Origin: Hormiphora californensis
Taxonomy: Eukaryota > Animalia > Ctenophora
Direction: 5' to 3'
DNA: 64,000 nt
Assembly (NCBI GenBank): GCA_020137815.1
Contig: CM035357.1
Span: 3,162,001-3,226,000, forward strand
This document shows positions 1 to 51,953 of this stretch, in pieces. The first letter of the stretch is position 1; each line of letters begins with the position of its first letter. The position numbers were made by a program, and so were the translations under genes. Below the pieces are notes generated by a model, which was not told the DNA's origin, ran no database searches, and saw only the letters and a program-made list of their open reading frames with translations.

Positions 1-823
1 GGAGTAGCTCGTCACTGTGTGCGCGGCTCTAGTTGCTACACCGTTGCCCCTCGCAACGAAAGTGTGACCAAAATGGTCCCTCTACCGATTAGTTAGTATA
101 CCAAAATGTCGTTTTCGAATTCTAACCCTGCTATGCCTTTTTACAAAGTAAAAAGGCATCCGGGTGAATGCCTTCGGCATTCACCCGGGCAGGGAAAAAA
201 TGTACTGTATCTTATCACATATTAAAATTTAATTACTGGTTATCATTAATCTCTTAATTATATAACATTATTTCAGAACGAGCAGAAGTCGCGGTCACTC
301 TCTGACATTACCTCTAGATCATTGGGAGATCCACAAAGCAGCCTGTGTAATCGTACCAGCCGAGACACAGTACAGAAAAAGAAGATTTATAGCAAGACCA
401 AGTTTCTCAATTACAAGTCCCACTTCTAGGCACACTATAAAGACATTTGTGACATCTTTTATTGTCCTAAAATCACAATACTTGTTCCAGCTGCCACCTC
501 TAGTAACGGTAGGTTACTGATCAATGAATAGCTAATTAATTAATTAAATGCGATAAATTATGCGATACAGCGATACAAGGCTACAAAAAAGTATAGTTGT
601 GGCTTAGTAAAATCAACTAGTAAAGTTATAACTGACAATCAATTATGAACGACAAGTTGATTTTACTAAGTTTTAATAACACCTACCTCTTTCAACACCC
701 TCTTCTCCCCCCTCAGTACCTATAACCTCTCTCAATAGCTTCTTATCCCCCCAGGACCTACATCTCTCAATAGTCAATACCCTCTTATTATTATCTCTTA
801 TTACCGGCCCCCTCAGTACTTAC

Positions 824-909
824 CAAACGAGTGGTTCTTCCTTGCATTTCTCTTCGCAATGGCTGATGCTCTCTTCAGTGGGATTTTCCTGATAACTGCC
901 GATGTTGAG
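824..909 (-). other. Possible isolated exon of an unidentified gene
   Basis: Flanked on the minus strand by tgttttcag| and |gtaagt; 86 nt and open in at least two frames. No recognisable homology. Confidence 0.25.
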
Positions 910-1779
910 CTGAAAACAATATTTTTTAAGAATTTAACACGGTTTTGTAGCAATTGCAGTATTAAGATTTTTAAGGCTCGCGTAAGTGTTGTTAGAAATC
1001 ATTAAGGGGACATGCCAATTTGTGTACAAACCGGGTTGTTTTTGATAAGGTTTCCATGAAATACTTTGAATGTGACGGGGGATTATTAATTAGCTACAAT
1101 TAAATCGAGCTGGACTCGGGACGAAACTTGAATATATATATATCAGTTTTGTGTTTTAAGATTGAGTTATATTTTTAATTTATTTTACACATTTCATTGT
1201 CATCAAACAAATGTACTGAGTGTTACTATCTGTGTAACAAAGATAATGGTACTGCCTAGCGGCTCGATCTGAGCCTGTCATGCCAATTCTCTGACCACAG
1301 TTACCGCGTTGAAAGAAATTAGAATAGGGTCAGCACTGTTTGAGAATAAAAACGAGGTATGACATACAGGTATTAATATGACATACAGGTACAGACTTGA
1401 AGTCTATACAGCGTGGGGCAGTATGTTGGTTGGATCCTTTCTGGCGCCGCGACCCATCTGAGCGCACTGAGAATCAAATGGGGTATGAGAATCAAATGGG
1501 GTATGAGAATGGGTATGAGAATCAAATGGGGTATGGCGCCGCCATACAGGTTGGATCGTAGTATTGATAGTGGCTTCAACAATACAGATTAGGTACAGTC
1601 TAGTGCATTACTGAGTTCTCCTATAGGGGGTTCCAGACCACAGTCAGACCTATTATACTGACGGAATTGAAATGGGGGGTGGAATAGAGTAGTATTATAC
1701 CCATTAACCATTATTAATGGAATGTCACGATCTTGCAAGTACAACGATCTTCTATATTCAAAAATCTAGGGCAAAAATC

Positions 1780-1969
1780 TCACTCTCACTCTCACTCTCT
1801 GTTTCTCTCTCTTTTTCTTTCTCTCTCTTTCTCTCTAATTCCCTCTCTTTCTCTCACTCTTTCTCACCCTCCTTTATGGAGAGGTCTACAACATTCCCAG
1901 CTCTCTCCAATTAATCTAAAAAACTAAAATATGGGCACGTGTTGAAAGCAGTTGAGACACTTGGAAGGA

Positions 1970-2030
<61 letters not shown>

Positions 2031-2105
2031 GAGAGTGAGAGAGAGAGAGAGGAGAGATTGAGAAGAGAGAGAGAGAGATATAGAGTACTAGAGCATAGAG
2101 TGAGA
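1780..2105. repeat. (TC)n and (GA)n microsatellite tracts
   Basis: TC-rich run at ~1780-1870 and GA run at ~1970-2080. Confidence 0.85.
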
Positions 2106-2273
2106 TATATTGCTATTGCTAGAGATTTATTTGTCTTGAATGCTCCGCGAGATCCGCCTTAGATCACCCGGAGCGAGAGAGAGAGAGAACCATTCGCTTA
2201 TATGAAATTTAAATAAGCAGTCTCAGATATTAGTCTGAATGAGCCCACCATTGCATCTTTATGTGCATATATA

Positions 2274-2410
2274 CAGTCGGACCCCGATTTACCAGGATGC
2301 TCGGGGGAAAGGGATTTGCCCGGGTAATTTCCTACATATCAGGGGAAGTTTATCCTCCCGGTAAATCGGGGTTCCGGTAAATCGGGGCCCGGTAAATCGG
2401 GGTCTGACTG
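2274..2410. mobile_element. Short Tc1/mariner-type MITE (CAGTCGGACCCCGATTTACC family)
   Basis: Terminal inverted repeats cagtcggaccccgatttacc...ggtaaatcggggtctgactg, flanked by TA. Other full or partial copies at ~6572-6748, 7350-7400, 19378-19408, 33095-33170, 41860-41933, 59057-59143 and 60855-60872. Confidence 0.8.
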
Positions 2411-3669
2411 TAATATAGTTGTCCACTGTATGAATATTTTTCATTCCGTGTTGCAAACATCGTATGCAGTAGGCCGAGATTGGGCACAAACTCGTGTGTG
2501 TTCGTGCATGTGTGTATGACTCGACACGGTTTTGATTCTACATGCAATCCCTCATGGAACCAACCCAATAGTTTTTGAGTTGCATTTTATGACCCTGATC
2601 TCTCACCCCACCCCGGTAAACAAGTTTTTGGAGTTGATTTCGCAACACGTATATATTACCCTGACTTTTGGTGACATAGACACCTGGCGCGACCCCCGCA
2701 CAATCTCGGTCGCGCCAGGTGTCTATGTCACCAACCCTGACTGCCCTTTGGCTATATTGTGACCTCCATTCTCCAAGAAGAGACTGACCGGAGTCCGGAA
2801 CTTCAAGGGCGTGATAGCTTTTGAAAATTATCTTTGAACAGAGCTCTGTTCATTGGTGACTATAAAAAATAGAAGTGAATTATACTTATAGAATTGAATA
2901 ATACTTTAATTGAGTCGATTACCTACTGCCAAACGATTTAAAATAGAGGGATAGAATTTATGCAATGCCGCAATGGACATAATGATGCTGAGAGAGAGGA
3001 CCATGGACCATTTAAACACGTGCAAATTGCACTGCAAGAGCAGTTCACCACATGGGATGACCTTCACGTTCAATTCCCCTGTTCATTATATAGTTGTTCC
3101 CCTGTCTATTATAATTGCAGGAGTCGGCGCGATGGGAGCTCATTTTAAATAAATTGAATTGTTGCTGCAATGCTTTCAGTTTGTCATTGTTGAATCTCCA
3201 TTTACGGTGAACCAAGGTTTGAATTTGACTGTAGTACTATAGTTATAGCTAACAATGAATTTAGATTCCCTACTTCAGGGGAAATTTATGATCCGCCCGG
3301 TAAATCGAGGCATCCGACTTAGTCAGCTATGGCCGGAACTCGAGGTCATCACCTTGCAGTTGCATGTGCCATGTTCGTATACCATGTTTGTATGCCATGT
3401 TTTGTATACTACGACTACTTCCATATTGCGATACCAACCGGTACTTGACAGCACTTTAATTAGAAATAAAACCGGTTGGAATTATGCAGTGAGTGACAGC
3501 TGGAGGAATTGGAAGCCAGTACCCAGAATCAGCGAAACCCTCTCTTCATTTTCTTATCTTATCAAATTTTTCTCTTCTTTATCTCCAACTACATAAAATT
3601 TAAGTCTAGACTAGTCTGACACTTTCCGCAATCCGGGTGACCGGTGAGGTTGGTTGACAATAATATATG

Positions 3670-3812
3670 GCAGCTACCATGGCGGTTGCTAGTAGCTACC
3701 ATGGCGGTTGCTAGCAGCTACCATGGCTGTTGCTAGTACCTACCATGGCGGTTGCTAGTAGCTACCATGGCGGTTGCTAGTATAGCTACCATGGCGGTTG
3801 CTAGTAGCTACC
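3670..3812. repeat. 22-bp minisatellite
   Basis: About 6 copies of agctaccatggcggttgctagt. Confidence 0.85.
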
Positions 3813-4135
3813 AGACGGCCAACCAGGAAGAAGGAGATAAATTTCACTATCAGAGCATTGGCATGACCGCTACTATTCTCATTTCTTTCAAAAAAGGGCT
3901 GTTTTGCACCCGGAATCGAGCGCTGTCAAAGCATTGGCCTGACAGATCGATATCACTATACCCACGAGCTATACTAGTGATTGCGTGTGGATCTCAGCAG
4001 CCCCCCTGAGATGACATGTAATCATGGTCACGTGAACACTTGCCCAATAATTAATTTAGGTTACCATATCTCGAGTTGACCCAGTAAGATATCTCTCTCG
4101 CTTATATCGCTCAACTTCGCTAGCTGCAGTACGTT

Positions 4136-4301
4136 TACAGACCACAGATATGCTGGTTGATACCAATGGTTTTCTATAATTACTTATTACAGCTTACATA
4201 ACCTAAGGCTAATATATAGAAATTCTATATATTAGCCTTAGGTTATGTAAGCTGTAATTATAGAAAACCATTGGTATCAACCAGCATATCTGTGGTCTGT
4301 A
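4136..4301. repeat. Near-perfect palindrome
   Basis: tacagaccacagatatgctggttgatacc... mirrored by ...ggtatcaaccagcatatctgtggtctgta, centred near 4220. Confidence 0.85.
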
Positions 4302-5499
4302 GAATACTTATAGAGTCATGTCGATGTGTTTTGATTTGAAACCTACTCCAGATCGAAATCCCATTTCTCTTTGTTGAGTAAGGGGGAAGAGTGTGTCTTC
4401 CCCCTTACTCAACAAATTTCTCTGCAAGGATCTAATTCTATTCAATTCCCTACAAGTACACAATCACATTGATATGAATCATGTCGATGTCATGGCATGA
4501 TGCTTAGATGATAGTGATATTATTGAGGCACTCAGAAAACCTGCAAGACTAAAATACCAATAAGTGCAGCTTTAAAAAATAAAGGCAAGACCTTCTGTGA
4601 TCTTCATAGAATAACCGGAGTGACTTTGGGCTGCTTGGTTTTGATTTAGATTTAAGTGCCCATTCTCATTTCTTCCCTAAGAACTTGGTGACGCGGCCAC
4701 CCCTACACTGGCCGCGTGAAGCGCGGTAAACGAAGCCCGCGGAGTATTATAACATAATAGGGGATTTCATCACCATAGGGGATTTCATCACCAACCTAAG
4801 AACCACGATCGCCGATCGTGGTCAAAACATTGGCCTGATGCAGCTGCCCATTAGGATAGTAGACTACTGTAGTGCTGCTGGACTAACGAGTTTACAGTTT
4901 ACTGTGTACCTATATTGCAAGGTGAGAAAATTATAATAGCCATGCAGGGGATTTGATTTCGAGATTTAATACAAATTCAGCTGCCATAAAGTGCCATACA
5001 ATTGTTTATTGGCACATGTTGTTATTTTATTGGTTTATCCCTTTTAATTTTATTGAAGCCACTGGTTGTCTTGTTGGCTAGAGTAAATTACGTCTGTTTA
5101 GTACTAGCGGTCAAACACATTACTTTGTGTAGCCCTGTATGCAATATGGCCTTTTTGAAAACCCGAGTCAGATGCCGCTACAGTTTCATCTCTAATTCCT
5201 CGTCGCGTTTCTATTACTCACTATTCTCGACACATCACTCAATCCCCTACAACTCTGCGGCTGTTAAGCACTCCCCATCTCCCCAACTCCATTCCCCTTT
5301 CTCGATACCTCCTTGCTTGCATGTACATGCTCTGTATCATTCATCCAGCCCAGTATGCTACCACTTTAAGATTGCTTCATATGTCCCTCAAGTCGCTTGA
5401 CACTCACACCACACAGTAAATTAGTATGAAAAACTAGGAACATGTTCAATTGGGCATGAACTTCAGCATATTTAATGTGGAGATGTGGTAGATGGAGGT

Positions 5500-5707
5500 A
5501 GATAGAGACACAGAGATATATTGTAGAGAGAGTAGAGTAGAGGACATCAGATCGAGAGTGAGACGAGAGAAGAGAGAGAGACGAGAGAAAATGAGAGCAT
5601 GTCAGAGAGAGAGGAGAGAGAGAGGGACGCAAGGAGAGAAGAGAGATGAGAGAGAGAGAGAAGAGGGGGAGGGGGGGGGGGGGGGGGGGGGGAGAGAGAG
5701 AAGAGAG

Positions 5708-5746
<39 letters not shown>

Positions 5747-6004
5747 AAGAAGAGGGAGAGAGGAGAGAGTGAGAGAGAGAGAAAGAGAGGGAGGAAGGAG
5801 AGAGAGTGAAAGTGAGAAAAGAGAGGGAAAAGAGGAAAGAGAGAGAGATAGAGTGAGAGAGAGAGAGAGAGAGGAAGAGAGGAGAGAGACTCCTTTCTAT
5901 TTGTCAGGCTATCTTCACTGTTACTATTAGGTCCGTACGATCGTGCAAATTTCACTACTATAGTATAAGACATAAGTCTCTCACCAGAAGAGGGAGAGAG
6001 ACAC

Positions 6005-6044
<40 letters not shown>

Positions 6045-6126
6045 GAGGAGAGGAGAGAGTAGAGAGAGGAGAGAGAGGAGAGAGAGAGAGAGAGAAGAGA
6101 GAGTAGAGGAGAGAGATCGAAGAGAG

Positions 6127-6162
<36 letters not shown>

Positions 6163-6246
6163 AGAGCTAAAGACGAGAGAGAGAGAGGGAGAGAGAGAGA
6201 GATAGCAGAGAGAGGAAAGAGAGAGAGCGGAGAGGGAGAGAGAGAG

Positions 6247-6324
<78 letters not shown>

Positions 6325-6335
6325 TCTACCCATCT
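5500..6335. repeat. Long GA-rich microsatellite switching to TC polarity at ~6246
   Basis: Seen directly; it produces the spurious ER/SL-rich ORFs in the track. Confidence 0.9.
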
Positions 6336-6571
6336 CCCCCATCTATCTTCACGCCGCGTGAGTGGTTAGCCAGTTCAAGCTTGCAATTGCATAATAAGCT
6401 ACCCTCTTGCTACTTACTTAACTGTAACCGTAGAGTAGTTTAACGACAGTGAGTACGGATCCGTACTCGAGTTAGAGTAGTTTAAACTACTTAGTACTCA
6501 CCACTATATTATACCACTCCCTTTAATTGGAGAATTCAAATCTTTAATCTAAGGGAGCGTGTTTATAACTA

Positions 6572-6748
6572 CATTCGGGCCCCGATTTACCGGAACCCCG
6601 ATTTACCGGGAGGCTAAAATTCCCCCGATATGGCGACATAGGATAAGGAAATTAACAGCATTTAATATTTAACCCCGATATACCGGGTGTCCCGATTTAC
6701 CGGGCAAAACACTTCCCCCGAGCATCCCGGTAAATCGGGGTCCGACTG
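6572..6748. mobile_element. Tc1/mariner-type MITE (same family as 2274-2410)
   Basis: cccgatttaccgg motifs, right end ggtccgactg followed by TA. Confidence 0.75.
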
Positions 6749-8239
6749 TATGCTACTCTAGAGTTATATCGATTTCAAGTCAATTAATTCACCGATGCAT
6801 GTACCGCCAACCGTGTGACGAACGCGGTCTGAGGTTTTCTCTATCTCTCATAATTCTCTCTATTTCTAATTTGAAACTCTGGGAACTTCTTCGATCTAAT
6901 GGAGCGATTTCACGCGAGGTGATTATATCTACCGCGCGGGCCAATAAAAAGGGAGGGTCTTAAATCTTCGATTTCTCCGGCACCTTAATTCCAATGGTTC
7001 TGAAATTTTGACACAATGTTGTTGAGCTTATGCCAGATATGTGTACAGAGTTTCAAGTTCAAAAATGCAGAAATTCATTAATGAACCTAAATTCATGTTT
7101 TTAAGCCAATGTAGGTTTTCTCTAGTCCATATTTTTTGTTTTCCAGGAACCTCTTTTGTACTCCACGCCAGATTTGTGATACTGGGTACAACAGAGGGCA
7201 TTGGAGACCAATTGCAATCTTGCTAACAAGATCTTATCACACCCTGGTTACGTTTCTTGTTGCTTGCATGTATCTCAAATTGTTATCTTATTCTAACCAA
7301 GGTTTAGCAATCTCTAATGAATGGGGGCTCTCTAAAAAGTAAAAGGTATGTCGGACCCCGATTTACCGGGCACCCCGATTTACCGGGCAAAACCCTTTCT
7401 CCGTTTTATAGTAGCTTAGCTCTAGGTCCGAGCTAAAAGATAATACCTACGATTATTGTTTCTATTGCAATTCTAAATCAACACTCCGTTATAGGTACTT
7501 ATAATAGTACAGTTTCGAGTGCGATCATGGTTCTACCGAAAGCACGTTTAATAACACATGGAGCCACCCCTATCATAGCCCGTGTGTTGCAAACATATAT
7601 TGTGATTGTGTTTAGAACAGGTCTGTATATCACGTATTTGAACAGGGATCTAGGTATATAGCTTGCCATGTGTAACAGTATAGTAGTGTTAAAATTTCAT
7701 CACTACAACTATTTATTGAGGTTTTTTATATTGTGGTAGGAGACGGATTTCGTCATCATAAGGGCATGTTGTTTCTAAAATACAGAACACGTGCCCTATT
7801 TTAAATAAGGCACACGTGTGTTCTGAACCCAATTTCCCAGAAAAAGAAATATCACACATTGCAATATTATAAGACCTCAAATATAGGCCTCATGTAATTA
7901 TTATTTGAATTATATAGCATAGTGTTGATAATATATGTGTAGCCTCTCATCACATTAGACCACGTCTAAGTGAGACTGAGAGGCTACACATGTATATAGA
8001 CACTTGTAGACATTGAAACATCATCTATACCCATTATCCATGGTGTTGTTCGTGCTAATTGCTATTATTATTATTATTATTATCTCTCTCACTCCATGTG
8101 CAACCCATTCGCACTATTTAATCTGCTGACCGTATACTCAATCCCCGCAATTCAAACTGTCTTAAATTTTAATAAACCTAATACTTGAAGTATAATAATG
8201 ATTCTGACTTCCAATACTTTTAGGGGTCAACTGAAGACA

Positions 8240-47001
<38,762 letters not shown>

Positions 47002-47199
47002 TATGACAAGTTATTTCGGGTTTATTTTAGCAGAAAGGGTTGAGGAGAGACAGTTGTGTAAAACTAAATAATGCTTCAGGTACAATGACCATGATGGAAA
47101 CGACTATTCACTGATCCAGGATTATAGTGGGGAGAAACGACTATTCACTGATCCAGGATTATAGTGGAGATAACACCTCCCAGAATACAACCAGCAGTC

Positions 47200-47308
47200 C
47201 TAGAACCGACCGAATCAGGAAATACTGGTCCCTGATTGGCTGATAACCAGTCACGTGACCTAAATAACGAGTTCTGATTGGTTGTTTACTTGTTTCGGTC
47301 GGTTCCTG
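47200..47308. mobile_element. hAT-type MITE (inverted copy of 33545-33653)
   Basis: Same internal sequence in reverse, 8-bp TSD cagcagtc. Confidence 0.75.
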
Positions 47309-48359
47309 CAGCAGTCATCCTATCCTGCCTGAAACTCAGACATTATTCTGTACTGTATATCAAATTGGTTATCAGGGGCACCTTACTCCACCACCCTCTA
47401 GGCACAGTGCAATAACAAGGACAATATCCAACTTACCCAAGATCACTGATCAGTTCATGGGTTAGACATTTAGGACTGCAATTCAAATTGTCACACAGCC
47501 AACCGGATCAGTATCCACATATATATTCTCAATTATTAATGACTGCTATAATTATCACATTGAAACTTCTTCTCATTTATTAGCGCAGTGACATTGCAGG
47601 TGGTGATGGAACTCATTTGGTCTATGTAATATGTTTCGGATGTTTTTTTGTAAATTTGTTTCAAATTATTTAATTCTTTCGTATCAAATGAAACTAATTT
47701 AGCTAGAAATGGAAGCTCGATTCTTAGTAAAGAAGGGAAGTAATACCAGCTTGAGGGGCCGGTTATAGATACGGTCTATACTACACTACACTATACTATG
47801 TTCGCAAAAGGCAAGCTTCCCCTCGTCCGACCCGAAGTTGGAATCATATGGGTTTAGTTTGTCGAACCGGCAAGTTGCTAACATTTTCAAATCTTCACTA
47901 CTTCTCAAATGATCCCATACTTTCAGTCTAATCCCAAAATCCTATTAAAAATAGAGACAAAAATAACGGCACCAAACTGTGAAATGCCCTTGCATTAGTG
48001 CGAGTATAATAAAATCAATTTTCTATCTAAAGGCCGAGTTTATAGCAAGAAAGGACTATTTTACAACGAATTCTCTGGTTAGTATGGTAACCAACTCCGT
48101 TGTCATGGTAAATCAATCGAACTCTATCGAGTTCTATCGCCAGCAACTGGATGAAAATTTATCCATTTCATTATGCACAATGCACAGGCTTTGGTTACGA
48201 AGTTACCCCTTGCCAGCGTGTGCACGCGAAGGTGGCCCGGCGACAGAGTGTGAGGTGTCTTCGATACCAAGCACAGGCTTGTGTAACAAAAAGGGGCGTT
48301 TTTATAGCTTATTGTTCATCATAACCTGAAATAAATAATTTTCATTACTTTCACAAAGG

Positions 48360-50330
48360 CTCAAAGTTTGAATATCAAATTTGCCAAAACTGTGCAGGGG
48401 CAAATTGGTGCAGGGGCAAAAGTTTTAATTGATTACAGTCGGACCCCGATTTACCGGGCCCCGATTTACCGGAACCCCGATTTACCGGGAGGATTTCTTT
48501 CCCCCGATTTTTTTTTGGAAAATTTTCGAAGTTTTCCCGGTTGGTAAACTTGCATTTGCAATTCGCTAGGTCTACTGGGGATCACGTATCGGTTCGTTTC
48601 AAACCTTCTAATTAGCGACAGGACACGTGATAAGATGTACCGATTCGAAACACGATTCGAACGTGTCTGGTATAACTATACCTTAGAAAAATTTAACAAC
48701 TTTTTTGCAAAATTTTACAGAATGATTGTCAATGCTTTGATCAATGCTCCCCGTAAATTTTTAGAGAAAAAGTTATTTTGAAATTTTGATACTTTCTCAC
48801 TCTGCTTAGGGTGCCCAGATTCGGCATGGTATCACGTATCGGTTCGTTTCGAACCGTCTAATTAGCGGCAGGACACGTGATAAGATGCACCGATTCGAAA
48901 CACGATTCGAACGTGGCTGGTATACCTTAGAAAAATTTCATAACTTTTTTTTGCAAAATTTTACAGAATCATTGTCAATGCTTTGATCGATGCTCCTCGT
49001 AAATTTTCAGAGAAAAAGTTATTCTGAAACTTTGATACTTCCTCACCCCGCTTAGGGTGCCCAGATTCGGCATGGTATCACGTATCGGTTCGTTTCGAAC
49101 CGTCTAATTAGCGGCAGGACATGCGATAAGATGCACCGATTCGAAACACGATTCGGACTCGGTCGGGGTGGTTTACCTTAGAAAAAATTTTTTTTCTTGA
49201 ATTTTTTAAATTTTCTATTTCTAATGACAGAAGCAATGATCATATTGTCATCAATAAATGTATACTATACAGTTAGAGGTGTCTTGGTATAGAATTTTTT
49301 GGACAAAAGTAGGATTTATGGGTCAAATATGCTCTACCCCGATATACCGGGCACCCCGATTTACCGGGCAAAATGGCTTCCCCCGAGGATCCCGGTAAAT
49401 CGGGGTCCGACTGTATAATTAATTAATTAATTAGAAAATCAAAAATCCGGCTCCGTTATGACTCGTAGTTATACTACTAGAACATACATGCAAAGTTTCA
49501 TTTCGAAATTTCAAACGGTGTGGCCACAGTTTGAATATCAAAGTTGCAAAAAATGTGCATGGGCAAACAAAATGGTGCAAGGGCACATGTTCAGGGGAAA
49601 TTTGCACAAATTGTGCAGGGGCAAATTTTAATTAATTTGCCTATAATTAATTACCTAATTGATATATTAATCATACGGCTCTTCTAGTACTCGTAGTTAT
49701 GCTACTAGAACATGCATAGAAAGTTTCGTGTCAAAATATTAAACGGTGTGGACACAGTTTGATCATAAAATTGGTGCAAGGGCTGCCCTTGCACCATTTG
49801 CCCTTGCACATTGCCTGCCCTTGCACCAAATTCCATTTTTTGCACGTCTCTAACTAACTAATTAATTAATTTTGACTATTCCCACTTTTCGAACATCATC
49901 TTTTATGATTGAAGAACATTCCTACAAAGTTTCAAGTCGATATTTTAAGCAGAACGGAAAATAGAATTTGGTGCAAGGGCGCGGTGCAAGGGACATAACA
50001 CGCAATGTGCAGGGGCACGGTGCCCTTGCACCGTTTTTAATTACCTATAATTAATTAATTAATTAAAAATTCAAAAATCCGCCAACGTCATGACACAAAG
50101 GAATACTACAAGAACATGCCTACAAAATTTCAAGTCGATATCTCAAACGGTGTGGCCACAATCGTTGACATGTTTTTTGCCCCCCCCCCCCCCCCCCCCC
50201 CCCCAAAAAAAGACCTTTCTTTGTTCTTAATAGGGCCGGCATTTTTGGGTTTTTGTGCAAGGGCAAAAAATTTTTTTTCTTTTTTTCGTTTTTTGCTGTT
50301 TTCTTCGGGTCGGAGGTGCCTGCCGGCACC
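48360..50330. repeat. Older repetitive element with diverged ~220-bp tandem units (possibly Helentron/DINE-like)
   Basis: Recurring aagtttcaagtcgata...aaacggtgtggccaca and tgcaagggc motifs; 3' hairpin aggtgcctgccggcacct. Family assignment is an inference. Confidence 0.4.
48436..49413. mobile_element. ~980-bp Tc1/mariner-type non-autonomous element (twin of 10157-11135)
   Basis: Near-identical sequence and TA flanks; inserted in an older repeat. Confidence 0.9.
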
Positions 50331-50916
50331 TAAATACTATAGTCGAGATCGCACGGACTATTCGCGAAAGTAGTTAGGGACCTCAACCTAACCCACCCCG
50401 GCACTCGAAGAAGAAGACTACATATCTGAATGATATCTGATGATGCTTGGTACAGTCTGAACAAGGCACATCGTCAGTGACAGTATCAACAAGTGGCATA
50501 ACCATGACCATGACCACTACAACAGACTCTATGACTGATGCCATAGGTTACCCTCATTTCATGGAAATCGAGAAAAGGGGGCGCTTAGCGCCATAGTTAC
50601 CCATACCCGGGCGGTATGCGGTGTTCTAAGTAACCAAAAAACGGCACTGACAGTCTGGAGCAGCTGACCCACTGACCTCCAATGGACAGACTGGGTCACC
50701 CAGTGTGTCCATTGGAGGTGCGCGCGCACTCAACCTCACACCGCCCCAAAGTGTCTGACTGTTGGACGCTCAACGTGTTGGAATACCCGCGCGTTACAGA
50801 CATGACACCCCCAAACTGTGCCACCAGGTTGTCCCAGTATATATTGTGCAGGAGTGGTGCAGAATGATGCTCTTTATAAGAGAGAACAAGAGAGAGATAG
50901 AGAGATGTACTGACCT

Positions 50917-51670
50917 CTAGCTATCCGGGCGGGGAGGTGGAGCTCGTGGTTCAGGGGTGTTGTAGTTCCATTGGGAGGGAGAGTAGACCTGGCCACCAAA
51001 TCTGGAGCTGGGGGGGGGGGGGCTTGGAGTTATTAGGGGGGGGGGGGGGCATGGAGTTAGATAATAACTAACCCATACGTTCTGCACAAAATAAGGGGTT
51101 TATTGACTAAGTAAGTAGGGATAGAAGGTAGTATATGGTTTGGTGTCGATCTCACGTCTACCAAAGCACACTACCTATCTGGCATCACTAAAGCTAAGCA
51201 CTCTCTTATCAAATACTATGTACTATTATTAATGTTGTTTTGTTCAAACCCGGGGAGGGAGGGTCGAACAAGGCAACTATTATGTTGGATCTTTGCCAAG
51301 TTGTTACCTGTTATCCGACTCAGTAACATTGTTCAACTCCTGTATCTCTGTTGTATCGAACCCTATACGCTGTCTCACCTCCTGGTGCCGTGATACCGCA
51401 CCTTTCACCTAGAAGGGGCAGTGGTTTATATGGAGAAAGGATGGTCATTAATCATAGAGAGATGGTTATTATAGAGAGAAAGGATTTTTGACAGTTTTTG
51501 GAAGTGGAAGGAAAAAATCAAACTTTAACTTCCAAAGTGTCTCTATATCTCACCGTCTGTAGAACGCGACTCTCAGTCTTCTTCTTTTTCACGAATTTCT
51601 CCATTTGGGCCTGATATTCGGTTAGGTACTCTATCTTGTGACTGACGAGGGTTAGTTCTCTCCTGATCAT
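50917..51670 (-). CDS. Small 3-exon hypothetical protein (~102 aa, N-terminal coiled-coil-like)
   Basis: Exons 51670-51554, 51408-51308 and 51007-50917, GT-AG and phase-consistent: MIRRELTLVSHKIEYL...PEPRAPPPRPDS*. Confidence 0.5.
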
Positions 51671-51953
51671 GGCTTGAAAGAAAAAGGGGTTTGTTATGTT
51701 CTAACCCTCCTTTACATTTGTAAAGAGAGTCGAGGAAGGCAAGAAGGGGGTTAGAAAATTTATTTGTTTAGCGGCGATTTTGACGCAGAGAAACTATAAG
51801 TTATTAAATGGATCTAAAGAGTCAATAATTTAGAAAGAGTTACAAAATTAAAAACACAAAAACAAACATAATCAAACAACAGTTTATAGGCAGAGTCAAA
51901 TCCATTTTTTCTACGATTTTCTTCCCTTTGTATTCAATTTAATAACTGAATCA

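Noticed and set aside
277-520. Possible terminal exon (two open frames; one has HWEIHKAAC, MYND-like)
   Set aside because: Frame and identity cannot be resolved without upstream sequence.
5366-6342. ER-rich and SL-rich ORFs (also 1717-1927, 11738, 15693-15959, 20860-21555)
   Set aside because: Translations of GA/TC or TTTG microsatellites.
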